NCBI GenBank assembly: GCA_902563555.1
Contig: CACEXM010000004.1
Location: 6,174 to 70,173 of the forward strand
DNA from: an uncultured Pelagibacteraceae bacterium
GTDB lineage: Bacteria > Pseudomonadota > Alphaproteobacteria > Pelagibacterales > Pelagibacteraceae
Reading direction: 5' to 3'
DNA: 64,000 bases
In this document: in pieces, positions 1-9,916 of the stretch
Position numbering within the stretch: the stretch's first letter is position 1
Layout: each line of letters starts with the position of its first letter
The notes under the pieces: model-generated
The model's database searches: none
Told to the model about the DNA's origin: nothing
What the model saw: only the letters and a program-made list of their open reading frames with translations
Translations under genes and position numbers: made by a program

Positions 1-2
1 TT

Positions 3-299
3 GAAAAAGATCCAAAGAGTAAAGTAAATAAATATAAAATAAAAACTACCACTTTTGATAAGATTATTCCCAGTAATAAAATTATAGATTATTTATCTAT
101 CGATATAGAGGGTAATGAAATGGATATTTTAGAGACAATTGATTTTACCAAATATACTATTAAAGTGATCTCGGTTGAAAATAACAAACCTGATGAAATC
201 AATTTTAATTCTTTTTTTAAAAAAAAAAATTTTTCATTTTTTGATAGAATTGGGGTAGATGAAGTTTTTTTTAATAATTCATTCTTTAAATTTGACTAA
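3..299 (+). CDS. FkbM-family methyltransferase, C-terminal part (truncated by window edge; not in ORF track)
   Basis: Manual translation ...FDKIIPSNKIIDYLSIDIEGNEMDILETIDFTKYTIKVISVENN...FKFD*; IDYLSIDIEG motif; TAA 297-299 abuts hisA ATG. Confidence 0.75.
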   Translation, partial: EKDPKSKVNKYKIKTTTFDKIIPSNKIIDYLSIDIEGNEMDILETIDFTKYTIKVISVENNKPDEINFNSFFKKKNFSFFDRIGVDEVFFNNSFFKFD

Positions 300-1016
300 A
301 TGAAAATATTTCCAGCAATAGACATTAAAGATAAAAAGTGTGTGAGGCTAATAAAAGGTGATTTCAGAAATAAAATTGAATATGAACCGTCCCCAATTGA
401 ACAAGCTAGCAAATATAAAGATCATGGTTTTAAAAATTTACATATCGTCGACCTTGATGGAGCTTTAACTGGTGAAACAGTAAATTTAGATATTATTCAG
501 GATATTGTTGATAAATTTAATTTAAAGATTGAGGTAGGTGGTGGCATTAGAAATTCTGAAAGTATTAAAAAATATATTGATGCTGGTGTAGAGAAAGTAA
601 TTTTAGGAAGTGCTGCAATAAAAGATAAAAATTTTTTAAAAGAAGCATGTAGAAAATTTTCTAATAAAATTGCTTTAGGTTTGGATACTAAAGATGGTTA
701 TCTGTCAGTATCTGGATGGAAAGAAAACTCTAATCAGTTAACTTTAGATTATTTAAAAGAAGTTAACGACTACGGTGTGAGTAGATTGATTTATACAGAT
801 ATTAATAGGGATGGTATGAAACAAAGTCCAAATTTTGATGAATCAATGAAAGTTGCAGATATTTCAAATTGTCCTGTGATTATATCTGGTGGGGTTTCAT
901 CAATAAATGACATTAAAAAAGCAAAGAATTTAAAAAATGTTGAAGGTATAATAGTTGGTAAAGCTATTTATGATGGGGATATTAAATTAGAGGAACTAGT
1001 GAAAGAAGATGCTTAA
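300..1016 (+). CDS. hisA: ProFAR isomerase
   Basis: [40 protein letters not shown]. Confidence 0.97.
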   Translation: MKIFPAIDIKDKKCVRLIKGDFRNKIEYEPSPIEQASKYKDHGFKNLHIVDLDGALTGETVNLDIIQDIVDKFNLKIEVGGGIRNSESIKKYIDAGVEKVILGSAAIKDKNFLKEACRKFSNKIALGLDTKDGYLSVSGWKENSNQLTLDYLKEVNDYGVSRLIYTDINRDGMKQSPNFDESMKVADISNCPVIISGGVSSINDIKKAKNLKNVEGIIVGKAIYDGDIKLEELVKEDA

Positions 1017-1764
1017 AAATAGAATAATACCTTGTTTAGATGTTAAAAATGGTCGAGTTGTTAAGGGTATTAACTTTGTTGATCTCAAAGACGCGGGAGA
1101 CCCTGTAGAACAAGCTAAAATTTATAGCGATGGTGGAGCAGATGAAATTTGTTTTTTAGATATTACCGCCTCTAATGAAAATAGAGATACTATTTACGAT
1201 GTTGTGGAAAAAACTTCAAAAAAATGTTTTGTGCCTTTAACAGTTGGTGGCGGTATAAGAAGTGTCGATGATATTAATAAATTATTAAATTGTGGCGCAG
1301 ATAAAGTTTCCATAAATACTGCCGCAGTTGAAAATTCAAAAGTTGTTGTTGATAGTTCAAAAAAATTTGGATCTCAATGTATTGTAGTAGCAATAGACGC
1401 AAAAAAGAATGGAGACAAGTGGGAAGTATTTACTCATGGAGGAAGAAATAATAGCGGAATTGATGCAATAGAATATGCTAAAGAAATGGAAAATAATGGT
1501 GCAGGTGAATTATTAGTAACATCAATGGATAGAGATGGTACACAAGTTGGATACGATATTGATTTGATGTCAAGAATTTCATCTGGAGTTAACATTCCTA
1601 CAATAGCATCTGGTGGAGTTGGCAATTTGGATCATTTGGTTGATGGTATTAAATTAGGAAAAGCAAGTGCTGTGTTAGCTGCCTCTATATTTCACTATGG
1701 AAAATATTCGATAAGCCAGGCAAAAAAACATTTGAAGACAAAAGGAGTTCCAGTAAGAATTTAA
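1009..1764 (+). CDS. hisF: Imidazole glycerol phosphate synthase cyclase subunit
   Basis: [39 protein letters not shown]. Confidence 0.98.
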   Translation: MLKNRIIPCLDVKNGRVVKGINFVDLKDAGDPVEQAKIYSDGGADEICFLDITASNENRDTIYDVVEKTSKKCFVPLTVGGGIRSVDDINKLLNCGADKVSINTAAVENSKVVVDSSKKFGSQCIVVAIDAKKNGDKWEVFTHGGRNNSGIDAIEYAKEMENNGAGELLVTSMDRDGTQVGYDIDLMSRISSGVNIPTIASGGVGNLDHLVDGIKLGKASAVLAASIFHYGKYSISQAKKHLKTKGVPVRI

Positions 1765-1768
1765 AAAA

Positions 1769-2308
1769 TTATCTAAATTTTGGTCCATCCATCCAAAGTG
1801 CTAATGTGGCCCTTGATCCAGAAGTAATTTTTTCAACTTTATGATTAGTAAAAGATGGAAATATAACAGCTGAACCAGGATTGAAATTTTCAATTTTTAC
1901 CTCTCCATCTCTAAACAAATACAAATCTCCACCTTGATATTCCTCCTCAGAGCAATTAAGCAGGCAAGTAAGTTTTATATCTCTTACCGCAGAGTGCATC
2001 GAGGCATCTATGTGCCAAGTATATTCTTCATTGGGTTGATAAGTATTGAAATTTAATACTTTACTGGGAGCTGACTGGAATAAATCAAATCCGTAATGAT
2101 GAGAATTTGTAGTCATTATAAAATCCATTAATGGTAAAATTAGTTTCTGAATAGACAGTAATCTAACAAATTTAACCTGCGATGTTTTTATAGCTTTTCG
2201 GTTTGGATTATCTGTCCCTTTTACAAGATTTTTTTGAATTGTTTCATTTAAAAGTTTTAATTGCTCTTTATTGAATATTTGAGCTGTTACGTATCCTGCT
2301 TCTCTCAT
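1769..2308 (-). CDS. 2OG-Fe(II) oxygenase (PKHD / prolyl-hydroxylase-like)
   Basis: YTWHID (HxD), YQGGDL, IFPSF..H.V, GSR..L..W..GP. Confidence 0.9.
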   Translation of the reverse strand: MREAGYVTAQIFNKEQLKLLNETIQKNLVKGTDNPNRKAIKTSQVKFVRLLSIQKLILPLMDFIMTTNSHHYGFDLFQSAPSKVLNFNTYQPNEEYTWHIDASMHSAVRDIKLTCLLNCSEEEYQGGDLYLFRDGEVKIENFNPGSAVIFPSFTNHKVEKITSGSRATLALWMDGPKFR

Positions 2309-2382
2309 AATGGTATTTTTACATTAATTGAAACATTTATCAACTGATTGAAGTTATAAAAGGTAACTGTTAGAGTTATTCA

Positions 2383-2670
2383 ATGTTAAAAACACTTGAA
2401 AATTTATTTAAACTTGCAAGAGATAGGAAAGCTAATCCCATAAGTAATTCATATACAAATAAATTACTGGAAAATAAATCTTTAAGTAAAGAAAAAGTTT
2501 TAGAGGAGATTAATGAACTAATAGAGGCTATTGAAAAAAATACAAACAAGGTTCATGAAGCAGCAGATGTTTTTTATCATTTAATAATGTATTTGGAAGC
2601 AAACAATATACAGATTGAGGATGTTGAAGAAGAGTTAGAAAAAAGAAAAAAATCTAATGAGCAAAATTAA
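2383..2670 (+). CDS. hisE: Phosphoribosyl-ATP pyrophosphatase
   Basis: SYT.KL, KVLEE, HEAADVFYHL. Confidence 0.93.
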   Translation: MLKTLENLFKLARDRKANPISNSYTNKLLENKSLSKEKVLEEINELIEAIEKNTNKVHEAADVFYHLIMYLEANNIQIEDVEEELEKRKKSNEQN

Positions 2671-3001
2671 GATTATATTTTTTTTAATATTGGGTTTTGT
2701 TTTTTATAAAGGTTACAAAGCATTTACAAACTTTGAAATAGGAGTTTCTGACAGGATTGTTGAACTTGAGGAAGCAGCAGATTTTGAAAGACAAGGAGAA
2801 GTTATAGCTCTTATGATGTACTTAGGTGATCCACCACAGCTAAATGAACATTTATTGGTAAAAAATAAATCAAAATGTTTGGAAATGAAACAAATAGCTG
2901 AGGAAACATCTTTCGCATATTATGAATGTGCAGTAGTTGATGCTAATTTAATAGGTGGAAAAATTATTAGCATAAACAACGAACTAGAGGTTTTACAATG
3001 A
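2657..3001 (+). CDS. Hypothetical membrane-anchored protein
   Basis: N-terminal hydrophobic helix, two Cys, overlaps both neighbours as in an operon. Confidence 0.7.
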   Translation: MSKIKIIFFLILGFVFYKGYKAFTNFEIGVSDRIVELEEAADFERQGEVIALMMYLGDPPQLNEHLLVKNKSKCLEMKQIAEETSFAYYECAVVDANLIGGKIISINNELEVLQ

Positions 3002-3363
3002 CCTACGATAATGAAAATATTTTTGCAAAAATCTTAAGAGGTGAAATTCCATGCAAAAAAATTTACGAAGATGAGTTTGTATTATCTTTTTATGATATAA
3101 ACCCTCAAAAAAAAATTCATGCACTTGTTATACCAAAAGGAAAATATATTAATTTAGACGATTTTGCTGTTAATGCTTCTGATGATGAAATTGTAGGATT
3201 GGTAAAAGGTATAAATAAGGTTGCAAAAAAATTAAATATTTCTGTTGATACTGGAAAAGGCTACAGAGCGTTAGCTAATATAAGTGAGCACGGTGGACAA
3301 GAGGTGCCACACCTTCATTTCCATTTATTTGGAGGTGAAAAAATAGGTAAGATGGTTCTGTGA
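2998..3363 (+). CDS. HIT (histidine triad) nucleotide-binding protein
   Basis: NIFAKILRGEIP, GQEVPHLHFH. Confidence 0.95.
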   Translation: MTYDNENIFAKILRGEIPCKKIYEDEFVLSFYDINPQKKIHALVIPKGKYINLDDFAVNASDDEIVGLVKGINKVAKKLNISVDTGKGYRALANISEHGGQEVPHLHFHLFGGEKIGKMVL

Positions 3364-3863
3364 AAAAAAATATTAGCAGAAATTATCTTGAAATATTTTC
3401 ATTAAAAGATTTAGCAGAAGTTAAAAAACCCTCAGAAGAATTTTTTATTGAGATTGTTAATCCACCAAATTTTCTCTTAAATAAATTTTTTTATAAGAAT
3501 ATAGGCAATGATCATCGTTGGATTGATCGTCTGGTGTGGAATGATAAACAATGGATTGATTATACTACAAATGAAAATGTAAAAACTTACATTTTGAAAA
3601 AAAATAATGACCTCGTAGGTTATTTTGAGCTGATTTTTCACAATCAAAAAAAAGAGACTGAGATTGCTTACTTTGGGCTACTTAAAGAATTCCACAATAA
3701 AAAATTGGGCTCATATTTATTATCAATTGCTATTAAAAAATCTTTTCAGGACAAATCTGAGAGAGTTTGGGTACACACATGTTCTCTAGATCACAAAAAT
3801 GCTCTAAATAATTATCTTTCAAGAGGAATGAAAATTTTTAAAAGAGAGACAGTCACTATTTAA
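3360..3863 (+). CDS. GNAT acetyltransferase
   Basis: EIAYFGL...KKLG..LL, RVWVHTCSLDH.NAL..Y..RG. Confidence 0.88.
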   Translation: MKKNISRNYLEIFSLKDLAEVKKPSEEFFIEIVNPPNFLLNKFFYKNIGNDHRWIDRLVWNDKQWIDYTTNENVKTYILKKNNDLVGYFELIFHNQKKETEIAYFGLLKEFHNKKLGSYLLSIAIKKSFQDKSERVWVHTCSLDHKNALNNYLSRGMKIFKRETVTI

Positions 3864-4411
3864 TTGTTTTGCTTTGGCAAATTAAATATGTCATTGTCAA
3901 TTTTTAAATTAGTTCTCATTGAGGTCAAGTATGTAATACTTAGATTTTGATATATGTCTACAGTTTGCCAACCCATAAAATTATAATTTTTTTTATTAAA
4001 GAAAATATTCACTTTATTCTCATCATGTTTAAATTCAAAACTTATAAACTTTGAATCTTCGTGTTTTTTACGCATCTTACTGATATTATTAATTAAGAAT
4101 TTTTTATCTAAAATTAAATTTAAAGGTGTTTTATCCAGTGGATAGGAGTAATAACTACTTGTGGTTTTAACTACCAATGATTGACCATTTGAAACTAATA
4201 TTTTCTGGTTACTTGAATTATATTTACAAAATATTTTTTTTGGATAGTTAACAATACAATTTCCATTTTCTAATTTATCATTTATATTTTGTTCAAAGTT
4301 AAATGATAGATTATCTATATTTTTAAGATTATTTATAATATTAGATTTTGTTGATGCTTGGACTTCATTGATAAAAAAATAGATAGAAATGAGTAAAATT
4401 ATTTTTTTCAT
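3860..4411 (-). CDS. lolA: Outer-membrane lipoprotein carrier LolA family
   Basis: Signal peptide, F.Q...G.....P, YPLDKTPL; directly follows ftsK. Confidence 0.8.
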   Translation of the reverse strand: MKKIILLISIYFFINEVQASTKSNIINNLKNIDNLSFNFEQNINDKLENGNCIVNYPKKIFCKYNSSNQKILVSNGQSLVVKTTSSYYSYPLDKTPLNLILDKKFLINNISKMRKKHEDSKFISFEFKHDENKVNIFFNKKNYNFMGWQTVDIYQNLSITYLTSMRTNLKIDNDIFNLPKQNN

Positions 4412-6498
4412 CAAAGCACATCTCTTTTTCCGACATGATTTGCTTTACTTACAATGCCATCAGTTTCCATCATGTCGATAATTCTTGCCGCACGATTATA
4501 TCCAATTTGTAATTTTCTTTGTAAAAAAGAAGTTGAAGCTTTACCCTCTGATCTAATAATTTCAACAGCTGTGTCGTATAACTCATCTTTATCTCCAAAG
4601 TTCTTTGAATTTTCACTCATCTCTTTCTCGTCAGCAAAGTTTAGAATTTCATCAATATAATCTGGTTTAGCTTGTGATCTTAAAAAGTTATTTATTTTTT
4701 CAATTTCATTTTCAGATACAAAAGGAGCGTGTATTCTAACAATTTTATTAGCTGAGGACATATATAGCATGTCTCCTTTTCCTAATAGTTGCTCTGCACC
4801 TTGTTCACCCAATATAGTTCTACTGTCAATTTTTGATGTAACTTGGAATGAAATCCGTGTTGGAAAGTTTGCTTTAATTGTACCAGTTATTACATCAACG
4901 CTAGGTCTTTGAGTTGCCATTATTATATGAATTCCAGCAGCCCTAGCCATTTGAGATAATTTTTGAATATAATTTTCAATTTCTTTTCCCGCGACTAACA
5001 TCAAATCTGACATTTCATCAACTACTACCACTATGTAAGGCATTGGAAGTTTATGTTTTGAATTATAACCATCTATATTTCTTACACCTTCCTTTGTCAT
5101 TAATCTGTATCTACTCTCCATCTCTTTAACAACCCACCCCAATACTGAAGCAGCTTTTTTTGCTTCAGTAATTACGGGACAAAGTAAATGAGGAACACCC
5201 TCGTATGTAGACAGCTCCAGCATTTTTGGATCGATCAAAATAAATTTGCATTTATCCGGATTGTGTCGATATAAAAGAGAGAGAATAATAGTGTTTATAC
5301 AAACCGATTTTCCAGAGCCCGTAGTTCCTGCTATTAATAGATGAGGCATTGAAGTTAAATCTCTAATTATTGGTTCTCCAGAAATATTTTTTCCTAATGC
5401 AATAGGCAATTTTATATCTTTTTTTCTAAAATTTATGTCATTGAGAATCTCACTCAAATAAACGTTTTCTCTTGTTAAATTTGGTAACTCTATCCCAACA
5501 GTATTACTGCCAGGAATAGTCGATATTCGTGCTGACTCTGAACTAGTATTTCTTGCTATATCATCTGATAAGTTTATTATTTTTGAAACTTTTATTCCCG
5601 CAGCGGGTTCAAACTCATTTAAAGTTACAACTGGACCATGGCTTATTTTTTTTATATTTCCATTTACTCCAAAATCTAAAAGTATTTTTTCAAGGAATGA
5701 AGGTTCTACATTATCATTCTTGCTAGATTTTGATCTCTCATTTTTTTGAGGTATTTTCAATAATTCTAATGAAGGTAATTTAAATTTGTTTTTAGCTTTA
5801 GAAAACACATTTTCCGCCTTAATAAACGGCAAATCCTCTTGTATTAAGTTTTTTATTTCATCTTGGGGTATGTATTCTTTAATGACCTCATTTTCATTGG
5901 TATAATTTTTATTTTCTTTTTTAAATAATCCATGAATTTTCTTAACTATTAAAATAAAGCTTTTTATATTGAAATTTGCACTTAATAAAAAAAAAAACAA
6001 TATAACTAAGATTAAAATATAGAAAGAAATTGATTCATTAGCTTTAATAATTAAACTTAAAAAAGTTTCATTAAGATATTTACCTACAAAACCACCATTT
6101 CCATTAATATAAAGTTTAAAAGCATCTTTATAGTAATGATTAAAGAAAAATGCACCTAAAGCTGAATAAACAACAATATAAAATACATTTTCTATGGCAA
6201 ACAATATTTTTTTTATTCTAATAATGCTTAATCCTATTGCTATAAAAGAAATTGGTATTAAAAAAGTAATTAGACCAAGAGACTGAAAGAAAAGATCTGA
6301 TACAAAACTTCCTCGAAAACCTAAAAAATTTTTAATTTCGTAATTTTCTGGAAATATAAAATTTGGGTCTTCAGGCGAGTAAGATATTAAAGATAACAAA
6401 AGTAGAATTCCTAAAGTTGATATAATCAAACCTAAGATTTCTATTAATCTTTTTTTTATAAAATTTAATATTGAATTGCTTATTTTATTAATATCCAT
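4411..6498 (-). CDS. ftsK: DNA translocase FtsK (start probably MDINKIS at 6498)
   Basis: N-terminal TM region, MPHLLIAGTTGSGKS, ATQRPSVDVITG, gamma domain LQRKLQIGYNRAAR. Confidence 0.97.
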   Translation of the reverse strand: MDINKISNSILNFIKKRLIEILGLIISTLGILLLLSLISYSPEDPNFIFPENYEIKNFLGFRGSFVSDLFFQSLGLITFLIPISFIAIGLSIIRIKKILFAIENVFYIVVYSALGAFFFNHYYKDAFKLYINGNGGFVGKYLNETFLSLIIKANESISFYILILVILFFFLLSANFNIKSFILIVKKIHGLFKKENKNYTNENEVIKEYIPQDEIKNLIQEDLPFIKAENVFSKAKNKFKLPSLELLKIPQKNERSKSSKNDNVEPSFLEKILLDFGVNGNIKKISHGPVVTLNEFEPAAGIKVSKIINLSDDIARNTSSESARISTIPGSNTVGIELPNLTRENVYLSEILNDINFRKKDIKLPIALGKNISGEPIIRDLTSMPHLLIAGTTGSGKSVCINTIILSLLYRHNPDKCKFILIDPKMLELSTYEGVPHLLCPVITEAKKAASVLGWVVKEMESRYRLMTKEGVRNIDGYNSKHKLPMPYIVVVVDEMSDLMLVAGKEIENYIQKLSQMARAAGIHIIMATQRPSVDVITGTIKANFPTRISFQVTSKIDSRTILGEQGAEQLLGKGDMLYMSSANKIVRIHAPFVSENEIEKINNFLRSQAKPDYIDEILNFADEKEMSENSKNFGDKDELYDTAVEIIRSEGKASTSFLQRKLQIGYNRAARIIDMMETDGIVSKANHVGKRDVL

Positions 6499-6561
6499 AT
6501 CAGCTGAATCAAATATATCACTTTGTATCATCTAATTTTTGTTGTTAAAATTAAAATAATT

Positions 6562-7632
6562 ATGAAAGTTTGTATATTGGGAAATGGATTAATAAGCTTA
6601 ACACTAGCACAAACATTAGTTAAGCAAGGAATATACGTTGATATTTTTTCTATAAAAAATCCAATAAATTACAAAAAAACACAAACATTGGGTATTTCGA
6701 GATCAAATGTTAATTTTTTTAATAAAAATATTTTAAATATAAAAAATTTATTATGGGATATTAACAAAATAGAAATTTACAGTGAAAATCTTAACAATGA
6801 AAAAATTTTAAATTTCCAAGATCAAAACGAAAAACTTTTTTCAATTGTTAAGAATTATCAATTATATAATTTACTTATACATGAATTAAAGAAAAACTAT
6901 TTATGTAGTTTTAAAAAGACAATTAATTCAGAAAATTTATTAAGAAGAAATTATAAATTAATAATAAACACTGATTACTCAAATCCACTTACAAAAAAAC
7001 TTTTTCATAGGCAGTTTAGAAAAAATTATAAAAGTTTCGCATATACCTCAATTATAAAACATAAAGAATTAAAAAATAATATAGCAACCCAAATTTTTAC
7101 TTCTAAAGGCCCATTAGCTTTTCTCCCAGTTTCAAAAACAGAGACATCGATTGTTTATTCATTCAGAGGAAATGAAAAAATAGATTTTAAAAAATGTGTT
7201 AAAAAATATAATAATAGATATGAAATTTTATCATTCAGAGATATTTCAAGTTTTAAATTAATATCGTCAGATCTTCGGTCATACTTTAACAAAAATGTTT
7301 TAGCTTTTGGGGATCTGTTACATAAAATACATCCTTTAGCCGGACAAGGCTTTAATATGTCCCTAAGAGATACCAGGGAAATTCTTAACCTTATTATGTT
7401 AAAGAAAGAAAATGGGCTAGATCTAGATTATTCAATTTGTATAGATTTTGAAAAAAAAACGAGACATAAAAACTTAATTTTCTCTAATAGTGTTGATTTT
7501 ATTTATGAGTACTTTAATTTTGAAAACAAGGTAAAAAAAAATTTCCTGAGTAAAGCAGTAAAATATTTGGGTAAGAATAATAAAATAAACAAAATATTAA
7601 CTAATGTTGCTGATAATGGCTTTATGGTTTAG
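6562..7632 (+). CDS. UbiH/UbiL-type FAD-dependent hydroxylase (start probably MKVCILG)
   Basis: Degenerate Rossmann GNGLIS, GPLAFLP, GD..H.IHPLAGQGFN. Confidence 0.85.
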   Translation: MKVCILGNGLISLTLAQTLVKQGIYVDIFSIKNPINYKKTQTLGISRSNVNFFNKNILNIKNLLWDINKIEIYSENLNNEKILNFQDQNEKLFSIVKNYQLYNLLIHELKKNYLCSFKKTINSENLLRRNYKLIINTDYSNPLTKKLFHRQFRKNYKSFAYTSIIKHKELKNNIATQIFTSKGPLAFLPVSKTETSIVYSFRGNEKIDFKKCVKKYNNRYEILSFRDISSFKLISSDLRSYFNKNVLAFGDLLHKIHPLAGQGFNMSLRDTREILNLIMLKKENGLDLDYSICIDFEKKTRHKNLIFSNSVDFIYEYFNFENKVKKNFLSKAVKYLGKNNKINKILTNVADNGFMV

Positions 7633-7634
7633 AT

Positions 7635-8282
7635 TTATTGGATAGTTGTATTGTTGTAATTATCGAAAGTGTATGTTTTCAAGATATCTGCAATTTTAGA
7701 TTTTCTTGCATCTAAGTTTTTAGTCTCTAATAAAACTTGTTTTTCCTCTAATGTGAATGGAGATGCCATAGCTAAAGCATTAATTGTCTCATCTAAACTT
7801 TGATTTTCTAAAGCTTTCCAATTTATAATAAATCCTCTTTTCTCAAAAAGATTCCTTAAATCTCTAAAAATTAATTCTAAATCAGAAAATTTTAAATCTT
7901 CTTCTTTTTTTTCTAAATCATCATAAAATTTATCAAAGCTAACATCACATTCTCGATAATTTTTTTTTGAGTTAATCTCACTTATAATATCAAATCTTAT
8001 TAAACCTTTAAGTTCGATTAGATACCTATTATCATCAGTTTTTTGTAAATCCATAATTTTACCCAAACAACCAATTTTATGTAATTCAGGTATATTTTGA
8101 CTTTCTACCTTATGCATTTTAGGTTGTATCATGCCTAATAATTTATCAGATTTCATACAATCATTTACCATTTCTATATATCTTGGTTCAAATATATTTA
8201 AAGGAACCGTAGTATTAGGAAAAATTATGAAATTGCTGAGTGGAAAAACAGCAATTTTTTTTGGTAAATTTTCTTTTTTCAT
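7635..8282 (-). CDS. Lon protease substrate-binding (N-terminal) domain protein
   Basis: VFPL...FP...PLNIFEPRY, GCLGKI, EEKQVLLE. Confidence 0.9.
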   Translation of the reverse strand: MKKENLPKKIAVFPLSNFIIFPNTTVPLNIFEPRYIEMVNDCMKSDKLLGMIQPKMHKVESQNIPELHKIGCLGKIMDLQKTDDNRYLIELKGLIRFDIISEINSKKNYRECDVSFDKFYDDLEKKEEDLKFSDLELIFRDLRNLFEKRGFIINWKALENQSLDETINALAMASPFTLEEKQVLLETKNLDARKSKIADILKTYTFDNYNNTTIQ

Positions 8283-8311
8283 ATTTTTATTTATATCACA
8301 GTTAATATTGC

Positions 8312-8340
8312 TTGAATAAAAAAATACAGCTTAATATACT
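8312..8340 (+). promoter_or_regulatory. Sigma70-type promoter of tRNA-Gly
   Basis: TTGAAT-17 bp-TATACT ending 9 nt before the tRNA. Confidence 0.6.
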
Positions 8341-8349
8341 GTCTCATGT

Positions 8350-8424
8350 GCGGGCATAGCTCAGTGGTAGAGCGTCTCGTTGCCAACGAGAAGGTCGAGG
8401 GTTCGACCCCCTTTGCCCGCTCCA
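8350..8424 (+). tRNA. tRNA-Gly (GCC)
   Basis: GCGGGCA/TGCCCGC acceptor stem, AGCTCAGTGGTAGAGC D arm, TCTCG-TTGCCAA-CGAGA anticodon arm, GGTTCGACCCC T arm, encoded CCA. Confidence 0.97.
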
Positions 8425-8441
8425 ATTAACATAATTCATTA

Positions 8442-9581
8442 ATGAAAATTTGTTTAGAAGGATGGTCAAAAATAAATCATTCATTCTCTATATCATGTGT
8501 AAATAAACTTTTAGAATTTATTAAATTACCTTTAGATCTTAAATTTAAAGAAACTTCCTATGCTAATAATCTATGGAATTATTCTAATAATTTTCATGGA
8601 TTTTCAGAAAAAAATATAAAAAAAATTTTATCAATTAAACCACCTGAAAAAAATGAATTTTTTGATATAATTTATCGTATAAGTTATCCATTTAATTTTC
8701 AAAAAAGTAATTCAAAAAAACTATTTGTTTTTGCAACCTCAGAATTTCAAAACATTAATGATATGTTTATAAATGAAATACCTGGAAATTTCTCTTATAG
8801 GGACGATCTAAAAATTATAACACCTTCAAAATGGTCAAGGCTTGGTTTTATTGAGTCTGGATTCAAATCAAATCAGATAAAGATTGTTCCACTAGGTGTA
8901 GATTGTGATATTTTTTATCCTATTTCCTCAGAACGTAAAAATGAGATAAGAAAAAAATTAAAACTTAAAAAAGAAGATTTCATTATTTCGAATGTTGGCA
9001 ATATGTCAAGTAACAAAGGAATAGATTATCTTATTGTTGCCTTTGCGATACTAAAAAAAAGATATAAACATTTAAAATTAATTTTGAAAGATCAAAGTAA
9101 CTTATATGGAATTTCTGGAAGAGATATTTTCTTAAAAACCAAAAAAGGTATAAATGGTCATTTGTTGGACGAAGATGTTGTAAATGATATAATTTTCTTA
9201 TCAAAAAATATGACTATATCAATCTTAAATGATCTTTATAATATATCTGATTGTTATGTGTCTCCTTATAGAGCTGAGGGATTTAATTTGGGCCCATTAG
9301 AGGCAGCCGCAACTGGTACACCAATCATTGTTACCGAGGGTGGTTCGACAGATGATTATTTTAATGAAGATTCTGGACTTCAGATAAAAAGCAAATTTAT
9401 AAATTCTAATAATCGCAAGTATTTGGAGCCAAGTATTGAGTCTTTAGTCGAAAATACCTCATTAATAATTCAAAATCCAAGAAAATACGGAAATGAAAAA
9501 AGCATTAAATTTATCAGAGACAATTTTTCTTGGAAAAAAACAGTTGAAAAAATATATAATATTTTTGATAAAAACCTATGA
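8442..9581 (+). CDS. GT4-family glycosyltransferase
   Basis: VPLGVD, NKGID, YVSPYRAEGFNLGPLEAAATGTP, FSW. Confidence 0.9.
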   Translation: MKICLEGWSKINHSFSISCVNKLLEFIKLPLDLKFKETSYANNLWNYSNNFHGFSEKNIKKILSIKPPEKNEFFDIIYRISYPFNFQKSNSKKLFVFATSEFQNINDMFINEIPGNFSYRDDLKIITPSKWSRLGFIESGFKSNQIKIVPLGVDCDIFYPISSERKNEIRKKLKLKKEDFIISNVGNMSSNKGIDYLIVAFAILKKRYKHLKLILKDQSNLYGISGRDIFLKTKKGINGHLLDEDVVNDIIFLSKNMTISILNDLYNISDCYVSPYRAEGFNLGPLEAAATGTPIIVTEGGSTDDYFNEDSGLQIKSKFINSNNRKYLEPSIESLVENTSLIIQNPRKYGNEKSIKFIRDNFSWKKTVEKIYNIFDKNL

Positions 9582-9916
9582 GCGATTTAGCAAATAAAAA
9601 ATGTATTCCTTGTGAAGGAAATATTCCCCCATTTAATTTTGAGGAAATTCACAATTATCTAAAACAAGTAGATGGCTGGGAAGTTGTTGAAGATAAAATC
9701 GATGGGTTTCACTTGATTAAAAATTTTAAATTTGATGACTTTTTACAAAGTCAAAAATTTGTAAATAGTGTAGGAAAGATTGCAGAAGCAGAGGGACATC
9801 ATCCAGATTTATGGTTTGGCTGGGGTTATGCAAGAATAAAAATTTTTACACATGCCATAAAAGGTTTGGCTGAGAGTGATTTCATTCTGGCAGCTAAGAT
9901 AGATAAAATTAGTTAA
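9578..9916 (+). CDS. Pterin-4-alpha-carbinolamine dehydratase
   Basis: CIPCEG, AEAEGHHPD, THAIKGL.E.DFILAAKID. Confidence 0.93.
   Translation: MSDLANKKCIPCEGNIPPFNFEEIHNYLKQVDGWEVVEDKIDGFHLIKNFKFDDFLQSQKFVNSVGKIAEAEGHHPDLWFGWGYARIKIFTHAIKGLAESDFILAAKIDKIS

Noticed and set aside
8400-9916. Prophage or integrative element at tRNA-Gly
   Set aside because: No integrase and no repeat of the tRNA 3' end seen; core genes resume after one gene
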